This document shows positions 41,750-51,178 of a DNA stretch of 64,000 nt, one piece after another. Position 1 is the stretch's first letter. Each line of letters begins with the position of its first letter. The notes under the pieces are model-generated. The model was not told the DNA's origin. It made no database searches and saw nothing but the letters and a program-made list of their open reading frames with translations. The position numbers were made by a program, and so were the translations under genes. Source of the stretch: a candidate division WOR-3 bacterium (GTDB taxonomy: Bacteria; Hydrothermota; Hydrothermia; B15-G9; WFZT01); contig JALUEE010000090.1 of assembly GCA_027053075.1 (NCBI GenBank), forward strand, positions 18,135-82,134, read 5' to 3'.

Positions 41750-42522
41750 TTAAAGCAATAGGAATTGATGTAGGTTCAACAACGGCAAAGATTGTAGGAG
41801 TTAACGAGGGTGGGGACTTTGTGTGGAGCTATATTGAACCTGCCGACCCAAGGGTAGAGGACCAGGTGGAGAGGTTTCTCGAGAAGGTCAGGGAAGTGGC
41901 AGGTTCCATTGAAGGAATTCCCATAGTGGCAACAGGTTATGGAAGAAACCTTGTCCATCAGGCAACGAAGAAGGTGACAGAAATCACCTGCCATGCGCGC
42001 GGGGTTTTCAAGCAGCTTGGCCATGGTGGAACGCTTGTGGATATTGGTGGACAGGACAGTAAGGTGATTGTAATAGGGCCGCATGGAGAGGTGGTGGATT
42101 TCACCATGAACGACAAGTGCGCCGCAGGGACAGGAAGATTTCTTGAAAATACTGCCGGAAGGCTCAGGGTGAAGCTCGAAGAGATGGGGAGTGTGGCCCT
42201 CTCTGCTCCTGAAGAGGTGAAAATTTCCAGTACGTGTACGGTTTTTGCTGAATCTGAGATTATTTCAATGATTGCTCATGGTGTGAGGGTTGAGCCCATT
42301 TTAAAGGGGCTTCACAGGTCCCTTGTGAAGCGAATTGTTGCCATGATTAGAAGTGTGGGGCTGGTGCCTCCATTGATGCTGTCCGGGGGAGTAGTAAAAA
42401 ACCCGGCAATAAGGAAGATGATTGAGGAAGAAACGGGAGAGAAGGTAATTTTACCCGAGCACCCGCAGTTCATGGGCGCCTACGGCGCCGCCTTGATAGG
42501 ATTGAAGTTGGGGAAAGGGTAG
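41746..42522 (+). CDS. ATP-dependent activator (HgdC/BzdQ-like ASKHA [4Fe-4S] ATPase)
   Basis: [46 protein letters not shown]. Confidence 0.93.
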   Translation: MIKAIGIDVGSTTAKIVGVNEGGDFVWSYIEPADPRVEDQVERFLEKVREVAGSIEGIPIVATGYGRNLVHQATKKVTEITCHARGVFKQLGHGGTLVDIGGQDSKVIVIGPHGEVVDFTMNDKCAAGTGRFLENTAGRLRVKLEEMGSVALSAPEEVKISSTCTVFAESEIISMIAHGVRVEPILKGLHRSLVKRIVAMIRSVGLVPPLMLSGGVVKNPAIRKMIEEETGEKVILPEHPQFMGAYGAALIGLKLGKG

Positions 42523-42609
42523 GCAAATTAGGAGAATTATTAAATTCAAAGAATTTTGTTTACTTTCCTGAGAGTTATTTGGTTATAGCAATCCCCATTG
42601 GAAATTATA

Positions 42610-43020
42610 AAATATAGCCCCTCACCTTGCCTCTCCCCGCAAAGAATTTATGCGGGGAGAGGAAGTTTTTGGGTGTAGGAGTAATTGATTGAACATGCAA
42701 ACGGAGCGCATAGGCTAAATGAATTTCCACCTGTACATCCCTGCAATCACAATATAAATTACCAGAAAACCAAGTAGAACCTTTCTAACAAGCGAAACTT
42801 GTTTCCCCCAACAACACAAAATATTTCCCTCCCCTGCGCTTTGCGCTGGGGAGGGTGAGGGAGGGGTATTCCGCTTGAAATCTTGAAATTACATATCTAA
42901 ACCATCACCCTTACCCCCTTCTGCTAAGCTGAAGAGGTAGATAGATTTTTCCTCAAAACTTTTGAAATGTAGCCTCTTTCCTCAACCCTCTTAAACAAAT
43001 TTTTGTGGGAAAAGTTTTTT
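42610..43020 (+). repeat. Composite dispersed repeat (A - spacer - B - C - A)
   Basis: cctctccccgcaaagaatttatgcggggagaggaag; ccctcccctgcgctttgcgctgggaggg..gtattccgcttgaaa; same module order as 20285-20590. Confidence 0.8.
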
Positions 43021-43163
43021 ATAAAATCGTCAACCTGTTTGAGCCCCCTCGTTTAGACGCTTCCTCGTAATTATGCGCCCCAATTTACACTGTAGCAAAT
43101 TCAACAATGTGCACCAATAGAAACCCGGTTGTTTGTGCCATCGGTGGAAATTATCATATCAAT

Positions 43164-44930
43164 ATGAAGAAAGAGTTGAGGCCTGAGGAACTCAAAGATA
43201 GCCTGATTTCAGGTGCGGCCAATGTTATTAAAAATCGGGAAAAGCTCAACAAGATCAACGTCTTCCCGGTGCCGGATGGGGATACCGGTTCAAACCTTGC
43301 GGAGACCTTCAAAAGTATTCTCCAAACCCTAAAAAGTCGCGATTTTGACAGTGCCCACGCTCTTCTCAGTGCTGTATCACGAAACATGCTTAGAAATGCC
43401 AGAGGAAATTCAGGGGTCATATTTTCCCAATTTTTCTACAGTTTCAGCAAGTCTTTGAAGGGCAAGAAAAACGTTTCAATTCATGATTTTGCGGAAAGTA
43501 TGAAGCAATCTATCAAAAAGACCTATGAAGCACTTGAAAAGCCTGTCGAAGGCACTGTTCTCACGGTCATCAGAGAGGTATCCGAAGAGGCTGAGAAAAT
43601 TTCCTTGAAGGTAAATGATTTTCGTGAATTTATAGAGCATCTTCAGGAAACCGCTAAAAAATCGGTTGAAAAAACGCGGGAGACATTGCCACAGTTGAAA
43701 AAGGCACGGGTGGTGGATGCCGGTGGACTCGGATTCCTTTATTTTTTACAGGGAATTTCTGCTTATTTTAAAGGAGATAGGATTAAATTTGATGAGGATT
43801 TTTCGGCATCCCGCGTTGACGAATACAAGGCTGAATTTAGCGAGAAGTATAGATATTGTACAGAAGTTTTACTTGAGGATAGCAGATTAAATTCTGTTGA
43901 AATAAAAAGGAAGCTCTCTTCTCTTGGAGATTCCCTTATTGTTGTGGGTGACCCGGCTCTATTTCACATACATATTCACACAGACGAGCCTGAAAAAGTT
44001 TTTAAAACACTTTCCGAAGTTGGAAAAATCAGGATGAAAAAGGCCGACGACATGCATGCGCAGGTGCGCATCAGGCAGGATTATGCAATTCTTGTGGATT
44101 CAGGAATGGACCTCCCTCCTTCGTATTATCAAAAATATGGGTTCAAGGTAATTCCCTTTCAGGTTTTCGTCGGGAATAAATCGTATAAAGAAGGAGTGGA
44201 TATATCTCGTGAAGAGATTATAAAAATCCTCACTTCAAACAGATGGAAAGAATTGAAAACCTCGCAGCCTGCCTTCTCCGATTATTTAGAAGCTTATAAA
44301 GAGCTCTTAAACCGGGCTCGTCACGTATATGCCATTCATCTATCTTCAAATTTCAGTGGCACATATTCGAGTTCGGTTACAGCCGCGGAAAGGATTGACC
44401 CTGAGCGTATCACGGTTTTTGACACAAAACTGTTCAGTATTGCTGCTGGTCTGCTGGCTTTAAGGATCAGAGATATGATTGAGAAAAAGATGCCGCGAGA
44501 GGAAATTCTAAAGAAAATTGAAGAAATTCGGCTCCAATCCTTTGCTGTAATAGTTCTCGATACCATGAAAAATTTGGTTCATGGAGGTAGGGCTGGGAAG
44601 CTTAAAGGAGGGTTTGTAGATTTCCTTGGTATCAAATTGATTATCACCATTGATGAGGATGGATACCTCAAAAAACTCACCCAGGCCTTTGGAAGAAAAG
44701 CCGCCCTCAAGAAAGTTTTATCTCTTTTGCGAGAGAAACTGGACCCGGGACGCACTTATGACTTTGGAATAGCTCACGTAAATACACCTCAAAAAGTGGA
44801 GTTTATCAGGGAATTCATCAGGTCAAATTTTAAGTACAGGGACATTATCGTGAACTACACCACCCCTGCAATTGCTGTCTATGGTGGTCCTGGAGCTTAT
44901 GGGGTATTTGCGGTACCTGTAGAAGAATAG
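43164..44930 (+). CDS. DAK2 (FakA-like) - DegV (FakB-like) fusion, fatty acid kinase type
   Basis: INVFPVPDGDTGSN, RGNSG, VDAGG; DegV motifs TSQP, SS..SGTY, GGR; start at MKKEL preferred. Confidence 0.88.
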   Translation: MKKELRPEELKDSLISGAANVIKNREKLNKINVFPVPDGDTGSNLAETFKSILQTLKSRDFDSAHALLSAVSRNMLRNARGNSGVIFSQFFYSFSKSLKGKKNVSIHDFAESMKQSIKKTYEALEKPVEGTVLTVIREVSEEAEKISLKVNDFREFIEHLQETAKKSVEKTRETLPQLKKARVVDAGGLGFLYFLQGISAYFKGDRIKFDEDFSASRVDEYKAEFSEKYRYCTEVLLEDSRLNSVEIKRKLSSLGDSLIVVGDPALFHIHIHTDEPEKVFKTLSEVGKIRMKKADDMHAQVRIRQDYAILVDSGMDLPPSYYQKYGFKVIPFQVFVGNKSYKEGVDISREEIIKILTSNRWKELKTSQPAFSDYLEAYKELLNRARHVYAIHLSSNFSGTYSSSVTAAERIDPERITVFDTKLFSIAAGLLALRIRDMIEKKMPREEILKKIEEIRLQSFAVIVLDTMKNLVHGGRAGKLKGGFVDFLGIKLIITIDEDGYLKKLTQAFGRKAALKKVLSLLREKLDPGRTYDFGIAHVNTPQKVEFIREFIRSNFKYRDIIVNYTTPAIAVYGGPGAYGVFAVPVEE

Positions 44931-44979
44931 ACCAATCCCTTTGGCTAAATAGAGAGGCAGCTAAGAATCAGTTCTGTAA

Positions 44980-45588
44980 TTAGCCCTTTCTCGGGGCAAT
45001 AACAAGAACAACATTATCCCCACGCCCAACCTGATAGACCCTGATCTTTCTATCCCTTTTGAGAATATCCCTGATGAGTTTTCTCTCTTCGGGGGAAAGG
45101 TCATCGTCAATGCGCATTTCCATGCCAGTTTCTTTTACCCTCTTTGCAACGGCTTTTGCCTTGTTGATAATGAACTCTCTACGACGTCTCCTGTATCCAG
45201 AGACATCTATGTCCACATGGATGTCATTCTTTTTACGTTTGATGAGCAAGGAGAGAAGATAAGCAAGGGCATCCAGATTCTTTCCCTTTTTACCAATGAA
45301 AACAGAGTCATACCCCCTGGTATGTATGTTTACATTGTATCTTTTCCTCCTTCTCGGCTCTATATCAATTTCGACTTTGACACCGAGGGTATCAAAAAAT
45401 TCTTTTATTACCCCTTCTATGATGTCAAAGTCCTCTTCGTCCAGATAGAGCCGAATTTTTGCAGGCTCGCTATTAAACCCTTCATTTATAATTTCAAAGC
45501 GAGCCTCACTCCTCTCTATGCCTGCCTTCCTTAGCGCCTTTTCCAATGCCTCTTCTACCGTTTTTCCTTCCTCTTCGATGTACCGCAT
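44980..45588 (-). CDS. jag: Jag/KhpB RNA-binding protein
   Basis: EGKTVEEA (Jag_N), IGKKGKNLDAL (KH), degenerate R3H; follows yidC. Confidence 0.88.
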   Translation of the reverse strand: MRYIEEEGKTVEEALEKALRKAGIERSEARFEIINEGFNSEPAKIRLYLDEEDFDIIEGVIKEFFDTLGVKVEIDIEPRRRKRYNVNIHTRGYDSVFIGKKGKNLDALAYLLSLLIKRKKNDIHVDIDVSGYRRRRREFIINKAKAVAKRVKETGMEMRIDDDLSPEERKLIRDILKRDRKIRVYQVGRGDNVVLVIAPRKG

Positions 45589-45591
45589 TCT

Positions 45592-47112
45592 CTACCCTCC
45601 GCTGTACTCTTTTTTGATCACGTACTGTTCAATTATGCTTAACAAATTATAAACAAACCAATAAAGTACTATCCCTGAAGGGAATTTGAGGAATAGTACT
45701 GTAATAAAAATGGGCATAAACAAAGCCATCATCCTGGCATTTTTATCCTGCGCTGGCTGAGTTAACGCCTGACCAAGACTTGCCAGACCCATCAAAATTG
45801 GTAAAATGAAATAAGGGTCTGCACTTGAAAGGTCTTTTATCCATAGAATCCAGTGTGCCCCCCTCAGGTCAATGGTGGTCTTTAAGACCTGATAAAGAGC
45901 CCAGAAAATGGGGAACTGTAGCACGAGAACAAGGCAGCCCGAGAATGGATTTACCTTATACTGCCTGTAGAGCTCCATCATTTCCTTGTTTAATCTCTGA
46001 GGATCATCTTTGTATATTTTCTGCAACTGCTTCATTTTCGGCTGGAGTTCCTGCATCTTCCTCATGGATTTCAAACTGTATCTGGTGAATGGGAAGAAGA
46101 GGATTTTCATCAGGATGGAGAAGATTACAATTGCCCAGCCATAATTTGGAATAAATCTGTGGATATACCTCAATGCGTAAAGGATTATTTTGGAGAAAAT
46201 GTTGATGACAGGAGGTCCGAATTCATAAATACTTGCAAGGTCGTATCCCACATCCTTAAGGAGGAAATAGTCAATGGGCCCGAAATAAACCTTTAATGGA
46301 TGTGGCCCATCTTTAGAAAGTGCATCAAAAGAAATCCTGTCTTTTTCCGCTCTTGCATAGACCCTATGAAGCTTCCCCTTGTGAATTACATCAAAGGTGA
46401 AGTATTTTGTCCTTATGCCAAACCATGTAAAGTCATCGGCAATGGCCTTAAATTCATACTTTCTAAGTTTTTTGAGCCCTATTTTGTGGAGTTTATCTTT
46501 GTAATAGATAAATTTAAAATGTCTAACATCGTCAGAATGATTTTTTTCTGTCCCTTTCAAACCTGAATCAAACCTGTAGAGGATTTCACCCCTGTAACCC
46601 TTGATTTTAAGGTCATAATCGATCATGTAAATCTTTGGATCGAATTTAAAAACCTTTTCTATCTGTAGGTTATCATTAACTCTGGAAACAAGCTTTAATT
46701 CAAAAGGTCCATTTATAACAAAAGTATCTTTGGCCGCTTCGAAATCGAGATTTATCCCTTTAATGCTATCTGTTTCAAAATCAAACATTCCGTAACCTTC
46801 AGGGATAAGCTCAACGGGTTTACCAAAGGCATCTTTGTACTTTTTCAAAGTGTAACTTACAAGTAATCCCCCTTTCCTTGAGAATTTTGCGATAAAGGTG
46901 GGTGATTCCACTACTATCGGGGTAGTTACCTTTACTGTTTTAACTGCTTTTGTAACGGTTTTCTCAAGGCTTTTCCCTGCCTTTGTGGTATCAACCTGAG
47001 TGGACTGAGCTTTACTTACAGGCTTTTTGGGCTTTGGCTTCATGAAAAGCGCCTGATACAGGATGAGAAATAGGAATATGAATATGGTGTATGTTAGAAA
47101 TCTTTTATCCAT
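45592..47112 (-). CDS. yidC: Membrane protein insertase YidC
   Basis: NYGWAI, MQELQP, NPFSGCL...QFPI, WIKDLS..DP. Confidence 0.96.
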   Translation of the reverse strand: MDKRFLTYTIFIFLFLILYQALFMKPKPKKPVSKAQSTQVDTTKAGKSLEKTVTKAVKTVKVTTPIVVESPTFIAKFSRKGGLLVSYTLKKYKDAFGKPVELIPEGYGMFDFETDSIKGINLDFEAAKDTFVINGPFELKLVSRVNDNLQIEKVFKFDPKIYMIDYDLKIKGYRGEILYRFDSGLKGTEKNHSDDVRHFKFIYYKDKLHKIGLKKLRKYEFKAIADDFTWFGIRTKYFTFDVIHKGKLHRVYARAEKDRISFDALSKDGPHPLKVYFGPIDYFLLKDVGYDLASIYEFGPPVINIFSKIILYALRYIHRFIPNYGWAIVIFSILMKILFFPFTRYSLKSMRKMQELQPKMKQLQKIYKDDPQRLNKEMMELYRQYKVNPFSGCLVLVLQFPIFWALYQVLKTTIDLRGAHWILWIKDLSSADPYFILPILMGLASLGQALTQPAQDKNARMMALFMPIFITVLFLKFPSGIVLYWFVYNLLSIIEQYVIKKEYSGG

Positions 47113-47115
47113 AGC

Positions 47116-47379
47116 TTACCTCACAGGGTCGTAACCTCCGGGATTTAGTGGATTACAACGCAAGATTCTCCAGATAGACATTAAACCTCCTTTTAAGATT
47201 CCGTATTTTTTGATTGCCTCGATGCTGTAATTTGAACAGGTTGGGTAAAATCTACAGGTGTGTGGGAGAGAGGGAGAAATAGCCCTTTGATAAAATTTAA
47301 TCAGGGAAATTGCAATGTCACTCAGGAATTTTCCAGGTCCTTTGCGAACCTTTTCAGGTCTTCCTGAATCTCCTCCCAT
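47116..47379 (-). CDS. yidD: Membrane protein insertion efficiency factor (start uncertain, overlaps rnpA)
   Basis: YQRAISP...[10 protein letters not shown]...RILRCNP..PGGYDP. Confidence 0.9.
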   Translation of the reverse strand: MGGDSGRPEKVRKGPGKFLSDIAISLIKFYQRAISPSLPHTCRFYPTCSNYSIEAIKKYGILKGGLMSIWRILRCNPLNPGGYDPVR

Positions 47380-47636
47380 CTGGCCCTCAATGTATTGTGA
47401 GAGCCCATGAATATGTATTTCCCGGGTGGTAAGATGTCCAGGTTCAGCCTCACGACTTCCCTGAGCCTCCTCTTGACCCGATTTTTTTTGACCCTGGTTC
47501 TTAACTTTTTTGAAGCCGCGAAGCCGAATTTCTTTTCTTCTGACGGTACCCAGTACACCACGAATGTTTTTAATCTTCTCCATCTCCCGTTTTTTATAAT
47601 ATAAAAAAAATCCTCGTTCTTCTTTAAGGTTTCCAA
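47322..47636 (-). CDS. rnpA: Ribonuclease P protein component
   Basis: [26 protein letters not shown]; lies between rpmH and yidD. Confidence 0.9.
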   Translation of the reverse strand: METLKKNEDFFYIIKNGRWRRLKTFVVYWVPSEEKKFGFAASKKLRTRVKKNRVKRRLREVVRLNLDILPPGKYIFMGSHNTLRARWEEIQEDLKRFAKDLENS

Positions 47637-47640
47637 AAGA

Positions 47641-47775
47641 TCAGGCTGTTAAAACTTTTCTTCCTCTTCTTCTGCGGTTTCTTATAATTTTTCTACCTGA
47701 TTTTGTTTTCATTCTCGCTCTGAAGCCATGTCTTCTCTTTCTTTTAATAATAGACGGCTGAAAAGTCCTCTTCAT
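47641..47775 (-). CDS. rpmH: 50S ribosomal protein L34 (not in ORF track)
   Basis: [54 protein letters not shown]. Confidence 0.97.
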   Translation of the reverse strand: MKRTFQPSIIKRKRRHGFRARMKTKSGRKIIRNRRRRGRKVLTA

Positions 47776-47803
47776 TGGGGCCTCCTTGGGGAATTTTTAC
47801 AAG

Positions 47804-47879
<76 letters not shown>

Positions 47880-48136
47880 ACGTTAAGCTCGTATATTATA
47901 ATAAGTATGCAAAAAATTTACAAGTGAAGTTGGTTCTGTTTATGGGGAGAGGTAAAAAGTAAAGGTTTTCGTGGATTCCATGATATTAAATCCATTGAAA
48001 GCCACAGCTCCCATGTAAGAGTGAAATATTACCATTCTGGAGATATCCAGATCGGCCAAAAATAAGGCTAACCTGCCGTGTACGATACTTCCGGGTATTT
48101 GACATTTCATTTTCTTGGCCAATAAACTAAATCCCG

Positions 48137-48283
48137 ATGAGAAAGATTGGATGGATAATAGCGATAATTGTTACCATTACAGTTTCTGCGGCCTTTCTAT
48201 ATCACGGGATAAAGGCCGGAGAAAATAACGAAATAGGGATGAATGCATCACTTATCTGTTTTTCATGCATCGGGCTTGAATAA
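48137..48283 (+). CDS. Small membrane CxxC protein, CD1871A-like, 48 aa (not in ORF track)
   Basis: MRKIGWIIAIIVTITVSAAFLYHGIKAGENNEIGMNASLICFSCIGLE; TAATG coupling to the next gene. Confidence 0.85.
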   Translation: MRKIGWIIAIIVTITVSAAFLYHGIKAGENNEIGMNASLICFSCIGLE

Positions 48284-49146
48284 TGGTTTCGAAAATCAGG
48301 AGATTTTTTCAATATATAAGTGCCGCCGCCATTGACAACTATGTCAAGGGGGTTTTAATAGGGCAGGCCATTTATCAGGGAGTTTTTAAGAACGTACCTG
48401 CACCTGCCCTCAACTGCTACTCGTGCCCCCTTTCGAGATTCGCCTGTCCCATTGGTACTTTTCAGCATTTTTTGACCCTCAGACAGGTCCCGTACTTTAT
48501 GCTTGGTTTCTTTGGCTTCATCGGAGGCTTGATCGGAAGGGCTCCATGTGGATGGATCTGCCCTTTTGGGCTTATCCAGGAACTCCTCTACAAAATCCCT
48601 TCATTCAAAATCAGCTTGCCTGAGTGGGTAAAATACTTCAAGTATGTGGTTCTTGTCATTCTTGCGATTTTGTTGCCAATTTTTCTCCTTGAGCCGTGGT
48701 TCTGTAAATTCTGCCCCGCAGGCACAATCGAAGCCGGTATCCCACTTCTCGCCTGGAATCCAGTTAAATCCATGGGGTCATCCCTGTATGACCTTTTAAC
48801 CACCCATTTTTACGTCAAATACGGGATATTACTCGCATTCCTTGCCCTGTTTATCACGACCAAGAGACCATTTTGCCGTATGATGTGCCCACTTGGTGCT
48901 ATTTTCTCCCTTTTCAATAAGTTCGCTGTTATTAGAATGCATGTTGATCTTGATAAGTGCTCCAGGTGCGACCTTTGCTACAATGTTTGCCCCATGGAGA
49001 TAAGAATCTGGGAAAATCCAGACAACGTAGACTGTATAAGATGCATGAAATGCTACGATGTATGCCCGGATAGGGCTATTCAGGTGATAACTCCCCTAAA
49101 CTTCCCGGTAGAAGTCAAGCTACAAAAGAATTATCCTCCGGCATGA
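48283..49146 (+). CDS. Membrane 4Fe-4S binding protein (NapH/YccM-like)
   Basis: NCYSCP...CPIG, CGWICPFG, FCKFCPAG, FCRMMCPLG and two CxxCxxCxxxCP. Confidence 0.9.
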   Translation: MVSKIRRFFQYISAAAIDNYVKGVLIGQAIYQGVFKNVPAPALNCYSCPLSRFACPIGTFQHFLTLRQVPYFMLGFFGFIGGLIGRAPCGWICPFGLIQELLYKIPSFKISLPEWVKYFKYVVLVILAILLPIFLLEPWFCKFCPAGTIEAGIPLLAWNPVKSMGSSLYDLLTTHFYVKYGILLAFLALFITTKRPFCRMMCPLGAIFSLFNKFAVIRMHVDLDKCSRCDLCYNVCPMEIRIWENPDNVDCIRCMKCYDVCPDRAIQVITPLNFPVEVKLQKNYPPA

Positions 49147-50006
49147 TTTTCACATATTAGCCCTGAATCACAGATTTTTTCTTTTTCAATCTGGATGGTT
49201 GTATGAGTGATGCCAAATTTGTCTTTAAGTGTGTCCTGAACCCTTTTCAAAATACTATCCGTGTCTGAGCTTGATGCGACCAGATGACAGGAGAGAAATA
49301 TTTCCTTTGAATCAACACTCCAGACATGGATACTGTGAATATCGTCCACGCCATCAATTTTCTTAATCTCCCTGGCAATTTCATTTATGTCAAAACCTTC
49401 GGGTACCCCCATCATGAGAATGTGCACCGTATTTTTTAGTAACTCATAGGCGCTTTTTAACATCAGAATGACTATCAAAAAAGAGATAATTGGGTCGAAA
49501 AAAACGAATCCTGTAAAGTAGATAACTGGAACCGCTATTACCACAAGTACAGAAGAAAGTGTATCATAAAATAAGTGGAGATAGGCGGCTTTAACGTTGA
49601 TGCTATGCTCTTTGTGTGAATGTAGCATAAGGATACTGAAGAAGTTTCCAAGAAGTCCAATCACTGCTGCAACTGACATTACCCCAAGCTCAATAGGCTC
49701 CGGGTGGGTAAATCTCTTAACAATTTCAATCACTATCCAGATGGCGACTGCAAAAAGGAAGACTGCGTTTAAAAGCGCGGCAAGGATTTCTGACCTTTTG
49801 AAGCCAAAGGTGTGTCTTTCATCTGCTGGCTTCTTTGAAATCCTTTCCCCGAGATAGCCAATTATGAGTGAGAGAACATCACTCAGGTTATGGATTGCAT
49901 CCGAAATGAGGGCGAGGCTCCCGGATAAAAGCCCTCCCAATATTTCCACAAGGGTAATAGTTATATTTAGCAGGATTGAAATGAGAAACTTACGGGAGAG
50001 ATTCAT
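49131..50006 (-). CDS. Cation diffusion facilitator transporter (CzcD/ZitB-like)
   Basis: SLALISDAIHNLSD, TFGFKRSE, AYLHLFYD, HTTIQIE. Confidence 0.92.
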   Translation of the reverse strand: MNLSRKFLISILLNITITLVEILGGLLSGSLALISDAIHNLSDVLSLIIGYLGERISKKPADERHTFGFKRSEILAALLNAVFLFAVAIWIVIEIVKRFTHPEPIELGVMSVAAVIGLLGNFFSILMLHSHKEHSINVKAAYLHLFYDTLSSVLVVIAVPVIYFTGFVFFDPIISFLIVILMLKSAYELLKNTVHILMMGVPEGFDINEIAREIKKIDGVDDIHSIHVWSVDSKEIFLSCHLVASSSDTDSILKRVQDTLKDKFGITHTTIQIEKEKICDSGLICENHAGG

Positions 50007-51145
50007 TTAGAGGTAAATTCTTTGACAATTTTTCGTAGTTTTTTATCGTTTTTGAGATGCACGTAGGCAAATATTACAAATCCGTCGGTGTCCTTAGAAT
50101 CTTTAACGAGTTCAAGCTCCTTTTTAACATAATCTTTGCTCAGGGTGTCAAACCAGACTCCAATTCCCATGAGCAGTTTTGAGTTTTTCTTACCCGCAGT
50201 GCAATAACGGAGGTATTTCTCGAAAGTGTTGACATAAGGGGTGTATGCCATAGGAACTGTGAGGTCGAGAAGTCCATCCTCATTCCACGTCCTCCAGTCT
50301 TGACCAAGCTGGAGGTACGCAGAGCCTACATTGGCAAATACTGCCGCAGATATTTCTACCTCTGGATTAATGGCTTTAACCCTTTCCCTCACCTGGGCCA
50401 CTATTTGTTTTACTGCCTCAACACGGGTTTCGTTCCACAGCTTGAATTTGTATTCCGCATAACGTTCGTAAAGGTTCTTTGCCCTCAATGTATTCCAGTG
50501 AGGAGATTTGATGCGCGAGATGTACGGAGAATAAATGGGGTCGTAGTGGTTTTGTGCTTCAAAATCCTCCCTGATTTCAGGATCGTAACCGTAATTATAT
50601 CCGGGATATCTAATGAAATCAAAGTGAACGCCATCCACATCATAGTTGGAAACAATCTCTTCAAAGATACTTGTGATGAAATCCCGAACCTCTTTTTTCC
50701 GTGGCTCCAGGAAGAGCCCGTCTGCACTTAAACGGATAAATTGCTCTTTGGTGTAATAACGGGTGTTTGTACCATTGTCATCGTAGAGGAACCAATCAGG
50801 ATGTTTGTAATAAACATGATTTGAGTCTTTTGGTGGAGTTCTCAATGACCAAAATAGGACCGAATTCACCCATGCGTGGACTTTGATCCCGTTTTTGTGA
50901 GCTTCTTCTACAATTTCTTTTAAAGGGTCACGCCCTTTTATGTATTCCGAGACCGGTAAAATTTTAGATGGGTAGTATGCGTATCCACCAACAACGACCT
51001 GGACGAAAATGGCGTTAAGCCCCATCTCTTTGACATTTTTCACTATTTCTCGCGGAGCGTCAGGAGGCCTTAACTGTCTTGCCGTAATCCAAACACCTTT
51101 CACATTCATCGTTCCCATGAGTAGCAAAAGCAATAGCTTCAACAT
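50003..51145 (-). CDS. Secreted GH10-like (GHL10/DUF187) glycoside hydrolase
   Basis: KGVWI, AHKNGIKVHAW, NYDVDGVHFDFIRYP, QDW..W, PMAY. Confidence 0.85.
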   Translation of the reverse strand: MLKLLLLLLMGTMNVKGVWITARQLRPPDAPREIVKNVKEMGLNAIFVQVVVGGYAYYPSKILPVSEYIKGRDPLKEIVEEAHKNGIKVHAWVNSVLFWSLRTPPKDSNHVYYKHPDWFLYDDNGTNTRYYTKEQFIRLSADGLFLEPRKKEVRDFITSIFEEIVSNYDVDGVHFDFIRYPGYNYGYDPEIREDFEAQNHYDPIYSPYISRIKSPHWNTLRAKNLYERYAEYKFKLWNETRVEAVKQIVAQVRERVKAINPEVEISAAVFANVGSAYLQLGQDWRTWNEDGLLDLTVPMAYTPYVNTFEKYLRYCTAGKKNSKLLMGIGVWFDTLSKDYVKKELELVKDSKDTDGFVIFAYVHLKNDKKLRKIVKEFTSK

Positions 51146-51178
51146 TGCCTTCTATCGTAAACAAATCCACAAAAAACG

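Noticed and set aside
47380..47583. Long N-terminal extension of YidD (155-aa ORF)
   Set aside because: Lies wholly within rnpA in another frame; only the C-terminal ~70 aa resemble YidD
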